Origin: a virus
Reading direction: 5' to 3' (one strand)
Virus record (IMG/VR): IMGVR_UViG_3300050821_008386
Location: 1 to 64,000 of that record
DNA: 64,000 nucleotides
The stretch's first letter is position 1. The number at the start of each line of letters is the position of its first letter. Shown one piece after another: positions 16,860 through 25,928 of the stretch. Both the position numbers and the translations under genes were made by a program. A model generated the notes under the pieces. It saw only the letters and a program-made list of their open reading frames with translations. It made no database searches and had not been told where the DNA came from.

Positions 16860-18232
16860 ACCACAGGGAGTTTCACGCGCCGCTTGAACCTCTTATTGGT
16901 GTGGAGAATGGCGCATTTGTGGACCGGGAGATTATCAAAATGTTGGGGGAGAACGATATGATCGTCTACCTGGGATCGGTTGGATGAACCTTTACCCCCA
17001 GAAGTGCCGTAACTTGTCCGCCAGATCCTTCTTTTACCGATTTTGGCCGCGCTCTTTTCTGCGCTCTCGAATGTCTCAGAGCGAAAGATCATCCGGTTCT
17101 GGAACTTGGTCAGGATCGTTTTCGCCACCGCTTCCCCGGTCACCGGCACTAAACTCGCCTCATCCTGCATCGCCGCTATAAACGCGCACTTGGCCGCCCG
17201 TAACGTATCGAAAAAGAAGCGGTCATTAGCCACCGTGGAATGTTGGGCTTCATCAAAAAAGAGGGTCAACAGATTCTCGTCCGCAATCTCTTTCGGGGTC
17301 ATGAATTTGCGCATGTCGTACCGGCGTTTTCCGGTATAAAAGAGGACTCCTTTCATCAGGGTGTTGATGGCCGATTTAGCTTTCGGATAAGAGGTAGGAC
17401 AAAGAACACAGATGATTTTACCTTTTTCGATTAGCCTGAAATCTACCGTATCAGGCAAGTCGCTCGCAAACACATCCGCAACTTCAGGTACTGTGGTAAA
17501 TGGTGACAAGGCATTTGATAACGATGTCCGGACGCCCCCCAACTGATCCCCCGGCTGCGACATGAACTCGTTGGGCCAATGCAAAACAATGTCTGCAACC
17601 GGTCGAGGTGAACCGTTCGGAGATTTCAAACACTGTTGGACCGCCTGCTCCATGTTGAACTCTGAACAGAGAAACTCTTTCAGGCGTTTCAAGGTCACCG
17701 GCACTTTCATGTACTCAAGCATCCTGATCCCGGCCTCGATATGGGTGATGGTCTGTTCCTGGAAGAATCCGGTATGTTTACCCATGGATTGACCGATAGA
17801 AGCGATATCGGACAGGATAGAAGCCATCACGCAGGAACCCAGATTCCCGGCTTTCAACAGGTTCATCCGTTGTTCCGGGTAAGCCCTGCGACCGTCAAAC
17901 GGAACCTCGATCAGGATCACGTCATCTTTGCGTCCGTGTTTCTGGGCGATCCGTACGAGGTTCATGTGGCTGTCCCCCTGGTTATCAAGCCAAAGGCCGC
18001 CAAAGTTCTGATCGTGCGAAAACAGTTGGTCCAACAGAGCGTTCATCGCTACCGATTTGCCGCTCCCTTGTTTTCCGGTGATCAACCACGAATGGCAGAA
18101 CTGTTCACGCGTCCATTTGAGTCCTGCCAGTTCGCAGATGACCGGTTCAGGAGGTTTAGGTTTGGGCCACGGAACGAACAGAGCGGCCCCTGACGCTGCC
18201 AGTAACCCGCCTCCGATGACTTGCTCTATCAT
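16856..18232 (-). CDS. Type IV coupling protein-like ATPase (VirD4/TraD family)
   Basis: ITGKQGSGKS Walker A, FFDEAQ Walker B, AAMQD, NRMIFR. Confidence 0.85.
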   Translation of the reverse strand: MIEQVIGGGLLAASGAALFVPWPKPKPPEPVICELAGLKWTREQFCHSWLITGKQGSGKSVAMNALLDQLFSHDQNFGGLWLDNQGDSHMNLVRIAQKHGRKDDVILIEVPFDGRRAYPEQRMNLLKAGNLGSCVMASILSDIASIGQSMGKHTGFFQEQTITHIEAGIRMLEYMKVPVTLKRLKEFLCSEFNMEQAVQQCLKSPNGSPRPVADIVLHWPNEFMSQPGDQLGGVRTSLSNALSPFTTVPEVADVFASDLPDTVDFRLIEKGKIICVLCPTSYPKAKSAINTLMKGVLFYTGKRRYDMRKFMTPKEIADENLLTLFFDEAQHSTVANDRFFFDTLRAAKCAFIAAMQDEASLVPVTGEAVAKTILTKFQNRMIFRSETFESAEKSAAKIGKRRIWRTSYGTSGGKGSSNRSQVDDHIVLPQHFDNLPVHKCAILHTNKRFKRRVKLPVV

Positions 18233-18441
18233 TGGATTATCTGAACTAGGTCATCCGGAAAGAGAGCCTGCCCGCGATCAGGTTTAGTTTCAGTTTCCGA
18301 GTAGTCGTAAAAACTTATGCTAATCCGCTCCCCGTCTCTCCAGATTTTGTCTATTCCCCAGACGGTTCCCTCGGCGTCCACAACCCTCATACCGGGCGCA
18401 AGTCTATCAACTCTTCGAAGTATCATTGACCGCTCCAGCAA
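18229..18441 (-). CDS. Hypothetical protein
   Basis: Stop overlaps coupling-protein ATG. Confidence 0.55.
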   Translation of the reverse strand: MLERSMILRRVDRLAPGMRVVDAEGTVWGIDKIWRDGERISISFYDYSETETKPDRGQALFPDDLVQIIQ

Positions 18442-18511
18442 GCTATCCCGACCGCGATAAACCCGATCAGTACGACGATGAAAACCAACGTCCAGAACAC
18501 TAGATTATGGT

Positions 18512-18847
18512 TCACTTCTTTTGTTCTCCATTGACGCTGATGTTGTCGATCCGAGGCCCGGTCGACCCTCGAACGCTGGCCGCTGACGCGTAGAAGATGC
18601 GATGTTTCATGAACTCGATCTGAACATCTTCCAGTTGATGGCCGTTGATCGTGATCTTGCAATCGCTCATCACTACCCGCAGGGTCTGGCCGTTCGAATC
18701 TGAACCGGGCCCGTGGGTGATCAATTGGGTCCGAATGAAATGATCCCACTCAAATCCGTGAACACCTTCAGAGTTGGTCTTTACCCAGAAAAAGGTAGAT
18801 GGATGCGCGTTCGTCGACACATCCTTGGCAATCTCAGAAATCGTCAC
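18512..18847 (-). CDS. Hypothetical protein
   Basis: GTGA overlap with upstream gene. Confidence 0.65.
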   Translation of the reverse strand: MTISEIAKDVSTNAHPSTFFWVKTNSEGVHGFEWDHFIRTQLITHGPGSDSNGQTLRVVMSDCKITINGHQLEDVQIEFMKHRIFYASAASVRGSTGPRIDNISVNGEQKK

Positions 18848-19239
18848 TTGGAATTTCTCCCGGCAACGAAGGCTTCCAACGTGAGCGCGTAAATGTCGCT
18901 AAAGTGCGTGGACTTCTCGTCCTCAGGATAGAACGAGACAGTCTTGCGCCATTTATCGTGGAGATCACGGACGTCCGGTTCCGGTGCGTTTTTACGCCGG
19001 ACAGTTAAGCGTTCCAGTCGAAGGTATTTCTCCAGAGTTGAATGACCGTCCCAAGGTTTCTCATAGGGAGGAAGCGCAGAGAATAGGTGCGCCTCTTCAT
19101 CGTGGTAATGCCAACTTAACTGGCCTTCGGGAGTGTCGATATAGACACAGTTGTGCGCGATTCCAGCGGGAAACAAGCTCGCCAAAAATCGAACCAATTT
19201 ATTTCGCTCGTAATATGCCGGATCAATTTCTGATCTCAT
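18844..19239 (-). CDS. WDGH-motif phage protein
   Basis: GQLSWHY..PWDGHS. Confidence 0.75.
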   Translation of the reverse strand: MRSEIDPAYYERNKLVRFLASLFPAGIAHNCVYIDTPEGQLSWHYHDEEAHLFSALPPYEKPWDGHSTLEKYLRLERLTVRRKNAPEPDVRDLHDKWRKTVSFYPEDEKSTHFSDIYALTLEAFVAGRNSK

Positions 19240-19397
19240 CGCGTCGCCTCCCGTGCGCGCTGGTTTTCCTGAACGCCTAACGCAACCAATTCGCTTCCCA
19301 GCCTAACCAGAAAGTCTCCAAGGCTTGCGTCATTGCGAATGCCTTTAGCTGCGAACTCGAATATTCTGAGCGTATCTTTGAAATCTTTCTCGCTCAT
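19236..19397 (-). CDS. 53-aa protein ending QRAREATR, not in ORF track
   Basis: Manual translation MSEKDFKDTL...; ATGA overlaps at both ends. Confidence 0.7.
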   Translation of the reverse strand: MSEKDFKDTLRIFEFAAKGIRNDASLGDFLVRLGSELVALGVQENQRAREATR

Positions 19398-19567
19398 TGT
19401 GTCGCCTCCCGGGGCGGAGCGATCAAATCGATCAACTCTTTGGTTTCAGGATCGATCGGGGTTTGCAGGCAAGCTTCGCAATACCAAAGCGCAGGGACCA
19501 TCCCTACTTCGTTAGCCCGGTACAGTGCTGGCGAACTCTGGCCGCATTTATCGCAGAACAAAGTCAT
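19394..19567 (-). CDS. Small zinc-finger protein ending REATQ
   Basis: CDKC..CEAC; start at ATGA overlap. Confidence 0.68.
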   Translation of the reverse strand: MTLFCDKCGQSSPALYRANEVGMVPALWYCEACLQTPIDPETKELIDLIAPPREATQ

Positions 19568-19842
19568 TTGGTGGCCTCCCGTGCGCGTTGAAGGAGGACA
19601 TCTATATTCTCCCAATGCGTCCGCCAGTTCTCTATGGACCCTGCCTTGAGCCTCTTTCGTCCATCCAGCGCATCACAGAGTTCGGTGATCAGCCCATTTC
19701 TCCAATGCATTCCGCCCTCAAACGAGGCGTTAGCCGCTCGGAGCGTTTCAACTAGAGCCTTCAACCGCTCGATCTCGGCGTCTTTCTCGGAACAGTATTG
19801 TTCCACGGCAAATTTACATACTGGGCAGGTGGAGTAGCTCAT
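19564..19842 (-). CDS. LITEL/RAREA family protein
   Basis: DAEIERLK, LITELCD, LLQRAREATK. Confidence 0.8.
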   Translation of the reverse strand: MSYSTCPVCKFAVEQYCSEKDAEIERLKALVETLRAANASFEGGMHWRNGLITELCDALDGRKRLKAGSIENWRTHWENIDVLLQRAREATK

Positions 19843-19868
19843 TAGAATCTAATATCCCACAAGAACGC

Positions 19869-19884
19869 ATGCTATCGCAAGCAT
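19869..19884. promoter_or_regulatory. Palindromic operator-like site ATGCTATCGCAAGCAT; related copies at 20195, 23295, 23378, 23693(rc), 25146(rc), 28757, 31048, 33265, 34279, 36663
   Basis: Recurrent, mostly intergenic, just upstream of gene starts. Confidence 0.8.
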
Positions 19885-19920
19885 TTTATTGAAGACTTAT
19901 TGTGGTCCCGTTATTAACTC

Positions 19921-20178
19921 CTATATCTTGATTCCAGTGGACTTCTTTTCGTCCTGATCGAGCATCCGGTGAAGATTGATCCGTGCGCCGGCCTGAAACA
20001 GTTTCTCTTTCAAGACCTCGATTTCCTTGAGTTCTTTGACCAGACCAGGTGCCACCAACCGGAGTTTCCTCCATACCTCGCGCTCTCTGTGAAGAAGGTC
20101 CACATCAGCGGCCACAATCGCCTTCTCCAGATTCACAGTGATCTGTTCCTGAATTTCAGGGGACGGGTGAAGATCCAT
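19921..20178 (-). CDS. Hypothetical protein
   Basis: Lies between two operator-like sites. Confidence 0.65.
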   Translation of the reverse strand: MDLHPSPEIQEQITVNLEKAIVAADVDLLHREREVWRKLRLVAPGLVKELKEIEVLKEKLFQAGARINLHRMLDQDEKKSTGIKI

Positions 20179-20212
20179 GCCCCAAAGCTATAGCATGCTA
20201 TCGCAAGCAAGG

Positions 20213-21553
20213 TCAATCGCTGTTCCAGTGCTTCTTGTGTCCGTTCTTGGCTGGAGTGAGATCACGATTGGGCGGTAGGTCCACTGGCGCGTCGGTGAAC
20301 GTGACGTACTGTCCTTCGAATGTGACCGGAAATTTCTTCCCGCGCGCGCCGTCCCGGTTCTTGTCGATGATTACGTTTCTGAAATGTTCGCTGTCGCCTT
20401 CCGGTTCGATCTTGAGAATGATATCGGCATCCTGCGAGATGGAACGCGACTCGCGCATTTTCCCGAACTCGTTTAGTTGAGAAAGCGCTATCACAGTGAC
20501 ATCAAGTTCGCCTGCCATGTTTTTCAGCTTCCGACTGATGTCCGCTACTTCTCGTTCCCGGTTATCGGTTCTTTTGGCCGTGCCAGGAGTAACCAGTTGG
20601 AGATAATCCACCACCACCAGTTCAAGGGGCTCCTTGGCGTGAATCTGCCGGCAACGCGAAACCAGTCCGTTAATGTTCATCGAAAAGGCGTCTTCCATGT
20701 GGATATGGAGTTTGCGCAACACGTCAGCCACCTGCAGCAACCGGTTCCGTTCAACCGCATCAAAAAGGCGTGTTCGCATCAGGCCCATCCGAATCTTGCC
20801 CAATTGACAGAACATCCGTAATGCCATCCTGACCGCCGACATCTCAAAACTGAACATCGCGACCGATCCACCACCAATCGCCGTATTGAGCGCTCCCTGC
20901 ATCGCCAGAGCGGTCTTACCGACGCTGACTTCGGCGCAGATGATTACGTACTCGCCGCGGCGGCATCCGCGGATCTCGTCATCGATCCCTTTGACATCGA
21001 ATAAGACGCCTTCCATCCCGTTGTTACTGGTCTTTTCCAAGAGCAGCATGGCCGAATCGATGACATCCGGCCACAGTTTCACCTTCGGCCGGATTTCGGT
21101 GACGATCTGCGTCAAGGCTACTTCGGTGATTTCCCTCAACGTTTCCTGCGTTCCATAGGACGGATCGTACATCCGCTGGATCAACGATTGGGACGCCTGG
21201 ATCGTTTTCCGGCGCAGATGTTTGTCTTTGAGGATGTTCAGGTAATGTTCCCAATTGGCGCCGGTCAGTACCACCTGCCACAGATCGTTCAGATATTCAG
21301 CGCCTCCGATTTCTTCCAGTAACTCGTTTTTTTTGAGCCAATTTTTGCAGATCACAAAATCGATCGGTTGATCTGCTTGCCGTAGCTCGATCAGCATTCG
21401 GAACACCGTCTGGTGCGCCGGGATGAAAAACAGCGCGAGACTCAACGTATCGCACCGATCGATCAGTTCAGGGAACAAGATCAAGCTGCACAAAAACGCT
21501 TTCTCCGATTCCTCACTGTGCGGAAACGTTTGATGTTCGGGGAGGTCGCTCAT
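20213..21553 (-). CDS. dnaB: Replicative DNA helicase DnaB
   Basis: PHSEESE N-domain, SVGKT, FSFEMS, VVVDYLQL, ALSQLN, ISQDAD, KNRDG. Confidence 0.96.
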   Translation of the reverse strand: MSDLPEHQTFPHSEESEKAFLCSLILFPELIDRCDTLSLALFFIPAHQTVFRMLIELRQADQPIDFVICKNWLKKNELLEEIGGAEYLNDLWQVVLTGANWEHYLNILKDKHLRRKTIQASQSLIQRMYDPSYGTQETLREITEVALTQIVTEIRPKVKLWPDVIDSAMLLLEKTSNNGMEGVLFDVKGIDDEIRGCRRGEYVIICAEVSVGKTALAMQGALNTAIGGGSVAMFSFEMSAVRMALRMFCQLGKIRMGLMRTRLFDAVERNRLLQVADVLRKLHIHMEDAFSMNINGLVSRCRQIHAKEPLELVVVDYLQLVTPGTAKRTDNREREVADISRKLKNMAGELDVTVIALSQLNEFGKMRESRSISQDADIILKIEPEGDSEHFRNVIIDKNRDGARGKKFPVTFEGQYVTFTDAPVDLPPNRDLTPAKNGHKKHWNSD

Positions 21554-22350
21554 GACGTGGATACGATTCCTGTTTTGCTTCCGCTGAATCTGTTGCCTTT
21601 GCCTTCCTTATTTTGGCTGGGAAAAATCCTCTTTGTTCTCTCCCATGAACTAGCGGTCGACCTCCAACAGGCCATTGACTTACCGTCAACTTTCCACCCG
21701 TTGCCTTCCCATTTATCCCACAACCAATAAGCGTCCTCCGTCGTAAGCCCGAGATTGCGGACAACATGTCTCTCAAGCTCTTCGAAACACGAGGTTCGAC
21801 GCTTGTCCTTTTTCGGAGTTTCAGAGGTAAGCGTCAGATCACCCGCGTTTTCGGGCAAGGTGGATGATGGGGTTTGGGGAGTAAGAGGGGAAGGAGAAGG
21901 GGATGCAAGGGGAGAGGACGGGGAGACCAGAGGGGAAGGGGAAGAAGGAGGTTCTGGTACTAGTCGGTTATAGGTACTGGTCGGTTTTATTTTAGGTACT
22001 AGTACCTCTTTCCGACTTGCTGGTTTTAGGTACTGGTCGGTTTTAGGTACTGGTACCCAACAGTGCTTGGGGTTTACGTGATAATCTGCCTTCTCTCCCC
22101 ATGATCTATCTACCCTTATGAACCCTCTAGCCTCTAGCTCCCTGATTGCTTTTATTACGGTTTCCCGGTTCATTCGGACCTTGGTGGCGATCCTTGTGAT
22201 TGGTGGCATATCCACGGTTTCTTTGGAGCACACGTGGGATAGATGGACGTAGATGCGAAAAGCAGAACAAGACAACCCAGCGTCATCGAGTTCCTCATCA
22301 ATATCGAGCTTCGCGTAGAGCCTTGCGTTGTTGTGGATTGCCGGACTCAT
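21550..22350 (-). CDS. Phage replication initiator with N-terminal wHTH
   Basis: IATKVRMNRETVIKAIRELEARGFI; internal iterons; coupled to dnaB. Confidence 0.82.
   Translation of the reverse strand: MSPAIHNNARLYAKLDIDEELDDAGLSCSAFRIYVHLSHVCSKETVDMPPITRIATKVRMNRETVIKAIRELEARGFIRVDRSWGEKADYHVNPKHCWVPVPKTDQYLKPASRKEVLVPKIKPTSTYNRLVPEPPSSPSPLVSPSSPLASPSPSPLTPQTPSSTLPENAGDLTLTSETPKKDKRRTSCFEELERHVVRNLGLTTEDAYWLWDKWEGNGWKVDGKSMACWRSTASSWERTKRIFPSQNKEGKGNRFSGSKTGIVSTS
21950..22056. repeat. Five iteron-like repeats, consensus GGTTTTAGGTACTGGTC; probable replication origin
   Basis: Direct repeats inside the initiator gene, as in lambda O. Confidence 0.78.
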
Positions 22351-22877
22351 GGTGTTCGACCCTCCAAAAATGAATGAACCGCCCGGAAGTGTTCCCCGGC
22401 AGATTCTTCCGATGCTGGCGGTTCTAAATCCGCTGTGTAAGCCTCGGTATGCTCCCCTTTTGGAAGAAGACGTATCGCACCAAATGTAAAGTCCACTCCG
22501 TCCGTTGAGAATTCTACAGTGACTCCTTCAAAGAATCCCAGTGAACGAGGCAAAATAAGCCTGTTTATCGAGACGAGTTCCCATTTTTCCCTTTCTGGAT
22601 TGTGAAGACATATCCAAGGATGAGGGCACTCTCGAATGTCTGCCCTGAAGATATTTAATTCATGTTCCTTCGCCCTTGGCTTTATCTCCACGTAAAGGTC
22701 GAATAGTGAAATATAAAAATCTGGTCTGTACTGCTGCGCGCTCCCCGGAAGGAGTTTTTCATAGACGAATTCCAAACCTTTAGAGGTCAGCATTTCCGCG
22801 AATCTCGCTTCCATTCGGGACTTGTACTGAATGCCGTTAAACAAGGTCGGAACCGCTCGAGGTACGAGGCCCGTCAT
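22347..22877 (-). CDS. PD-(D/E)xK nuclease
   Basis: YKSRMEARFA, YRPDFY, VEIKP. Confidence 0.8.
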   Translation of the reverse strand: MTGLVPRAVPTLFNGIQYKSRMEARFAEMLTSKGLEFVYEKLLPGSAQQYRPDFYISLFDLYVEIKPRAKEHELNIFRADIRECPHPWICLHNPEREKWELVSINRLILPRSLGFFEGVTVEFSTDGVDFTFGAIRLLPKGEHTEAYTADLEPPASEESAGEHFRAVHSFLEGRTP

Positions 22878-23083
22878 ACCCTGACTCCCCTCCTCAATTC
22901 CTTGGCCCGGTTTTCCAACTGAACGATCTCGTCTTCGGAGATCAGGCGCGCTCCGTGGAGATGGGTGACCTCGGGATGGTCGGCTAGTCGCTGGCGGATC
23001 GCAGCGGCAGTTTCAGAGAGAAAATCAGGTAAAAGGTCAGAGGCGCGGCTCAGACCACGGCGCGGATAGGGATCAGAAGGCAT
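22874..23083 (-). CDS. Hypothetical protein
   Basis: First gene of replication operon; ATGA overlap. Confidence 0.55.
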   Translation of the reverse strand: MPSDPYPRRGLSRASDLLPDFLSETAAAIRQRLADHPEVTHLHGARLISEDEIVQLENRAKELRRGVRV

Positions 23084-23090
23084 GAGAGTG

Positions 23091-23209
23091 AAAAAGGAAA
23101 CACCTAAGAACCGCCCGGAGGTTGGAAAGCGGCGAAACTGTCAATGGCGCTCTCCGGACGGTTCTTAGGTGTATCGACGATTTCACGATGCAGTTTCGCT
23201 TTCTTTCCA
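23091..23209 (-). promoter_or_regulatory. Structured leader: 21-bp stem, U-rich tract and an alternative pairing (attenuator-like)
   Basis: 23100-23120 pairs with 23152-23172 (1 mismatch); loop 23123-23140 is complementary to 23191-23209. Confidence 0.65.
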
Positions 23210-23396
23210 TAACGCCGTTTCCACGCGGCGAGATAAACAATGTCTGCCCTGCGGATACTACTTCGCAAGAAAAACGCTCGTTTATCTGATGCGGATGCTA
23301 TCGTAAGTACGATTTCGCGTCAAGTCACGATTTCGTTACCCGATCGGGGGACAGGGGAAAACCCCGAGTTGACCTCTATGCTATCGCACGCATACA

Positions 23397-23585
23397 TTGC
23401 GAGGCATGATGAAATTCCTTTTGTCCTGCGCCGTGCTATTCGTAAATGTCGGCTGTTTACCCCTTCGGATGGTCGGAAACGCCGATCGCCACAACTGGGC
23501 GGAAATCAATCTGGAACGCGAGAAGGCCGGATTAAAGCCACTGACATGGAACGAGTATCACTACCCCATGCATTACAGTCATTGA
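23397..23585 (+). CDS. Small putative lipoprotein
   Basis: MMKFLL..NVGC lipobox-like. Confidence 0.55.
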   Translation: MRGMMKFLLSCAVLFVNVGCLPLRMVGNADRHNWAEINLEREKAGLKPLTWNEYHYPMHYSH

Positions 23586-23741
23586 GACTCAGCCTTCCTC
23601 AGTCGGGTGACAGAGAAAAATCCACTGACGCTGACACTGACACTGACGGATTCTGACACTCACTGACATTCAGATGAGTCAGCATTCGACATATGCCTGC
23701 GATTGCATCGATCCTTTATAACGACCAATATCTCTACGTAA

Positions 23742-24146
23742 ATGAGCAGAAAAGACGTCATGAGGCACATATCCTCTATCCTGTGGGACATGGTGTACAC
23801 AAGGGACTCAGAGGAGCGACCAGATAAGGTTGACAACGTCGTATCGGAGATAGCCCGTAAAATAGGGGTAACTCCAAGAACAATTTATCGGTGGCTCAGG
23901 GGCATAAGAGGATACGCTTCAAGGCGACAGCTTAAACAGTGCCTTAGGGCATATCCTGATAAATTTTTCGATCTCAACGAGAGAGCCCACGGAAGGTCTG
24001 GCGCACCCAGCCTACCATACATATCAGATCCTTTCGGATCGGAAGTATTTAACAGAAATCTCCCCCAGGCAAATCTAGACGACTTTATTCATTGGAAGAA
24101 TCTAAGGATAGGTCCAGACGATGTTAAATTCACGATGGGTCGATGA
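23742..24146 (+). CDS. HTH DNA-binding protein
   Basis: EIARKIGVTPRTIYRWL. Confidence 0.75.
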   Translation: MSRKDVMRHISSILWDMVYTRDSEERPDKVDNVVSEIARKIGVTPRTIYRWLRGIRGYASRRQLKQCLRAYPDKFFDLNERAHGRSGAPSLPYISDPFGSEVFNRNLPQANLDDFIHWKNLRIGPDDVKFTMGR

Positions 24147-24432
24147 ATATCGCGAGGCTCGGGGAGAGCCGAGGCGCACGATCTACGATCCAGACTTTTA
24201 CGGGAGTCACCTGTCGTCGGACAAATGGGCAAACCTGCGTCGGTTGGTTTTTAGGCGATCCGGAGGACAATGCGAAGCGTGCGGACTGTCCGTCGCGACC
24301 TCGGTTCACCATTTAGTTTACGGAAATCTAGGAGATGAATTTCTGCACGAACTTCTGGCGACCTGCTCGCCGTGTCACAACAAACTGGAGAAACAAAAAC
24401 ATGAAAGAAGGCGAATACGTAGTAAGGCGTGA
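24121..24432 (+). CDS. HNH endonuclease
   Basis: CEACG..VHHLVY..CSPCH. Confidence 0.85.
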   Translation: MLNSRWVDEYREARGEPRRTIYDPDFYGSHLSSDKWANLRRLVFRRSGGQCEACGLSVATSVHHLVYGNLGDEFLHELLATCSPCHNKLEKQKHERRRIRSKA

Positions 24433-25216
24433 AGGCGGATACTGGATTCTGAGGAAGGAAGGGTCAAACGTCACCATCAAGTGTTCACGGGCCAAGGACT
24501 GGCAGAATTTTCTGGAAGCACTGGGCGAGTGAGTGGTATAGGCAGAATCACAGTCCGGGGGCTATTCCTCTCCTGATCGGGTTCGAAACCGTCAGTGATG
24601 AACCCCCGGTCAGTCTTTTTTATGGGCGAAATTGATTGGCCTGAAATAGGGTGTGTCTACCAGCTAGGCACACCCGGAAGGATACATGCTTTACGAGATC
24701 TTCGGTATCGGGCCCGGTCCTAAGTTGTGGAAAGAGTTCGAGCGAAGGAAGAACACTCATACTCTGATAGAATGGAAAAGGAAGATCGAGGAGGCGTTCC
24801 CAAGGTAAAACCTCCGTTTAACCCTCGGACCTTTGCCACGCCCTCGGATCCAGAGGTGTATGCCCGCGCTCGCGAGGCATGGCGCGAGTTCTACAAAGCC
24901 AATCCCGAGAGGTGGCGGGAGCGGTGCCGACTTGAGCACGCGACCTATGAAAACATGGTCGACCAGTACGTCCAGGAGTACGGATTCCGGCCTGACAACG
25001 ATAAACTGGAAGGATGGGAGGAGAACGGGCCACCAACCTGAAGATAACGCCAGATTCTGGTTGAAAAATGACATGACGCATCTTATCGCAATAAGCACTA
25101 ACACGATCCTGACCTTTACAAGAATCTATGGATCAAGGGTTTATTGTGTTTACGATAGCATTCGGTGTAGGATTCTTTGCTACGCTGCTAGTGGTAGCGA
25201 ATAAGCCAATCAAAAA

Positions 25217-25912
25217 ATGACTGACACTGACGGTCTGGAACAGACGCCCGAAGGTATCTGGGTGATTACCGGCGAAACCCATATCAACGGTTGGGTCCGA
25301 GAGCATAAACGACTCGATCACGACCAGTTCACAATCCCTCTGGCGACCCGTCATATACACCCCGCCACGGTAGCTATAGACGTCGGAGCCAATGTCGGCA
25401 CCCATACGGTTGCTTACCTCAACAAAGTCGGTCCCAGCGGCTCTGTGATCGCGTACGAGCCCAATCCGATCGCGGCCCGGTGTCTGCGACTCAATTGTCC
25501 GACAGCTGATATCCGCGAAATGGCTCTTGGCCTCCAAGTGGGCTTTGCCGGATTCCGGCCTTGGCTTGATAACGTCGGGATGTCGCACCTGGATAAGGAG
25601 GGCCCGATTCAGGTCGGGATAACCACGCTGGACGAAAATGTTGTGCTTGAACCCTCCGTCTCAATTTCCTTTATCAAGGTCGACGCCGAAGGCAGCGAAC
25701 CGGATATCCTGCGTGGCGGCGAAGTGCTGATTCAGGAACATCGGCCCGTGATCCTTCTTGAGGTCAATCATTGGGCACTGGCGAATCAGCGCCATACCCT
25801 CAGGGATATCACCTTCTTCATGGAGACAAACCGTTACGGGATGACGATTTTCCCGGAACGAAACAACTGGGACTCGGCGCAGTACGAACTCTTGTGCATC
25901 CCCATGACTTAG
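25217..25912 (+). CDS. FkbM-family methyltransferase
   Basis: IDVGANVG, AYEPNP, TTLD, FIKVDAEGSE. Confidence 0.92.
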   Translation: MTDTDGLEQTPEGIWVITGETHINGWVREHKRLDHDQFTIPLATRHIHPATVAIDVGANVGTHTVAYLNKVGPSGSVIAYEPNPIAARCLRLNCPTADIREMALGLQVGFAGFRPWLDNVGMSHLDKEGPIQVGITTLDENVVLEPSVSISFIKVDAEGSEPDILRGGEVLIQEHRPVILLEVNHWALANQRHTLRDITFFMETNRYGMTIFPERNNWDSAQYELLCIPMT

Positions 25913-25928
25913 AGGACCTTAGATACTT

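Larger units (their letters stand above)
19236..19590 (-). repeat. Three more copies of the RAREAT boundary motif (about 19236-19262, 19394-19412, 19564-19590)
   Basis: Reverse complement of the repeats at 70-818. Confidence 0.9.

Noticed and set aside
9354-18232. Inserted ICE or plasmid
   Set aside because: No integrase, flanking att repeats or mating-pair genes; the genes are on opposite strands and interleaved with phage genes
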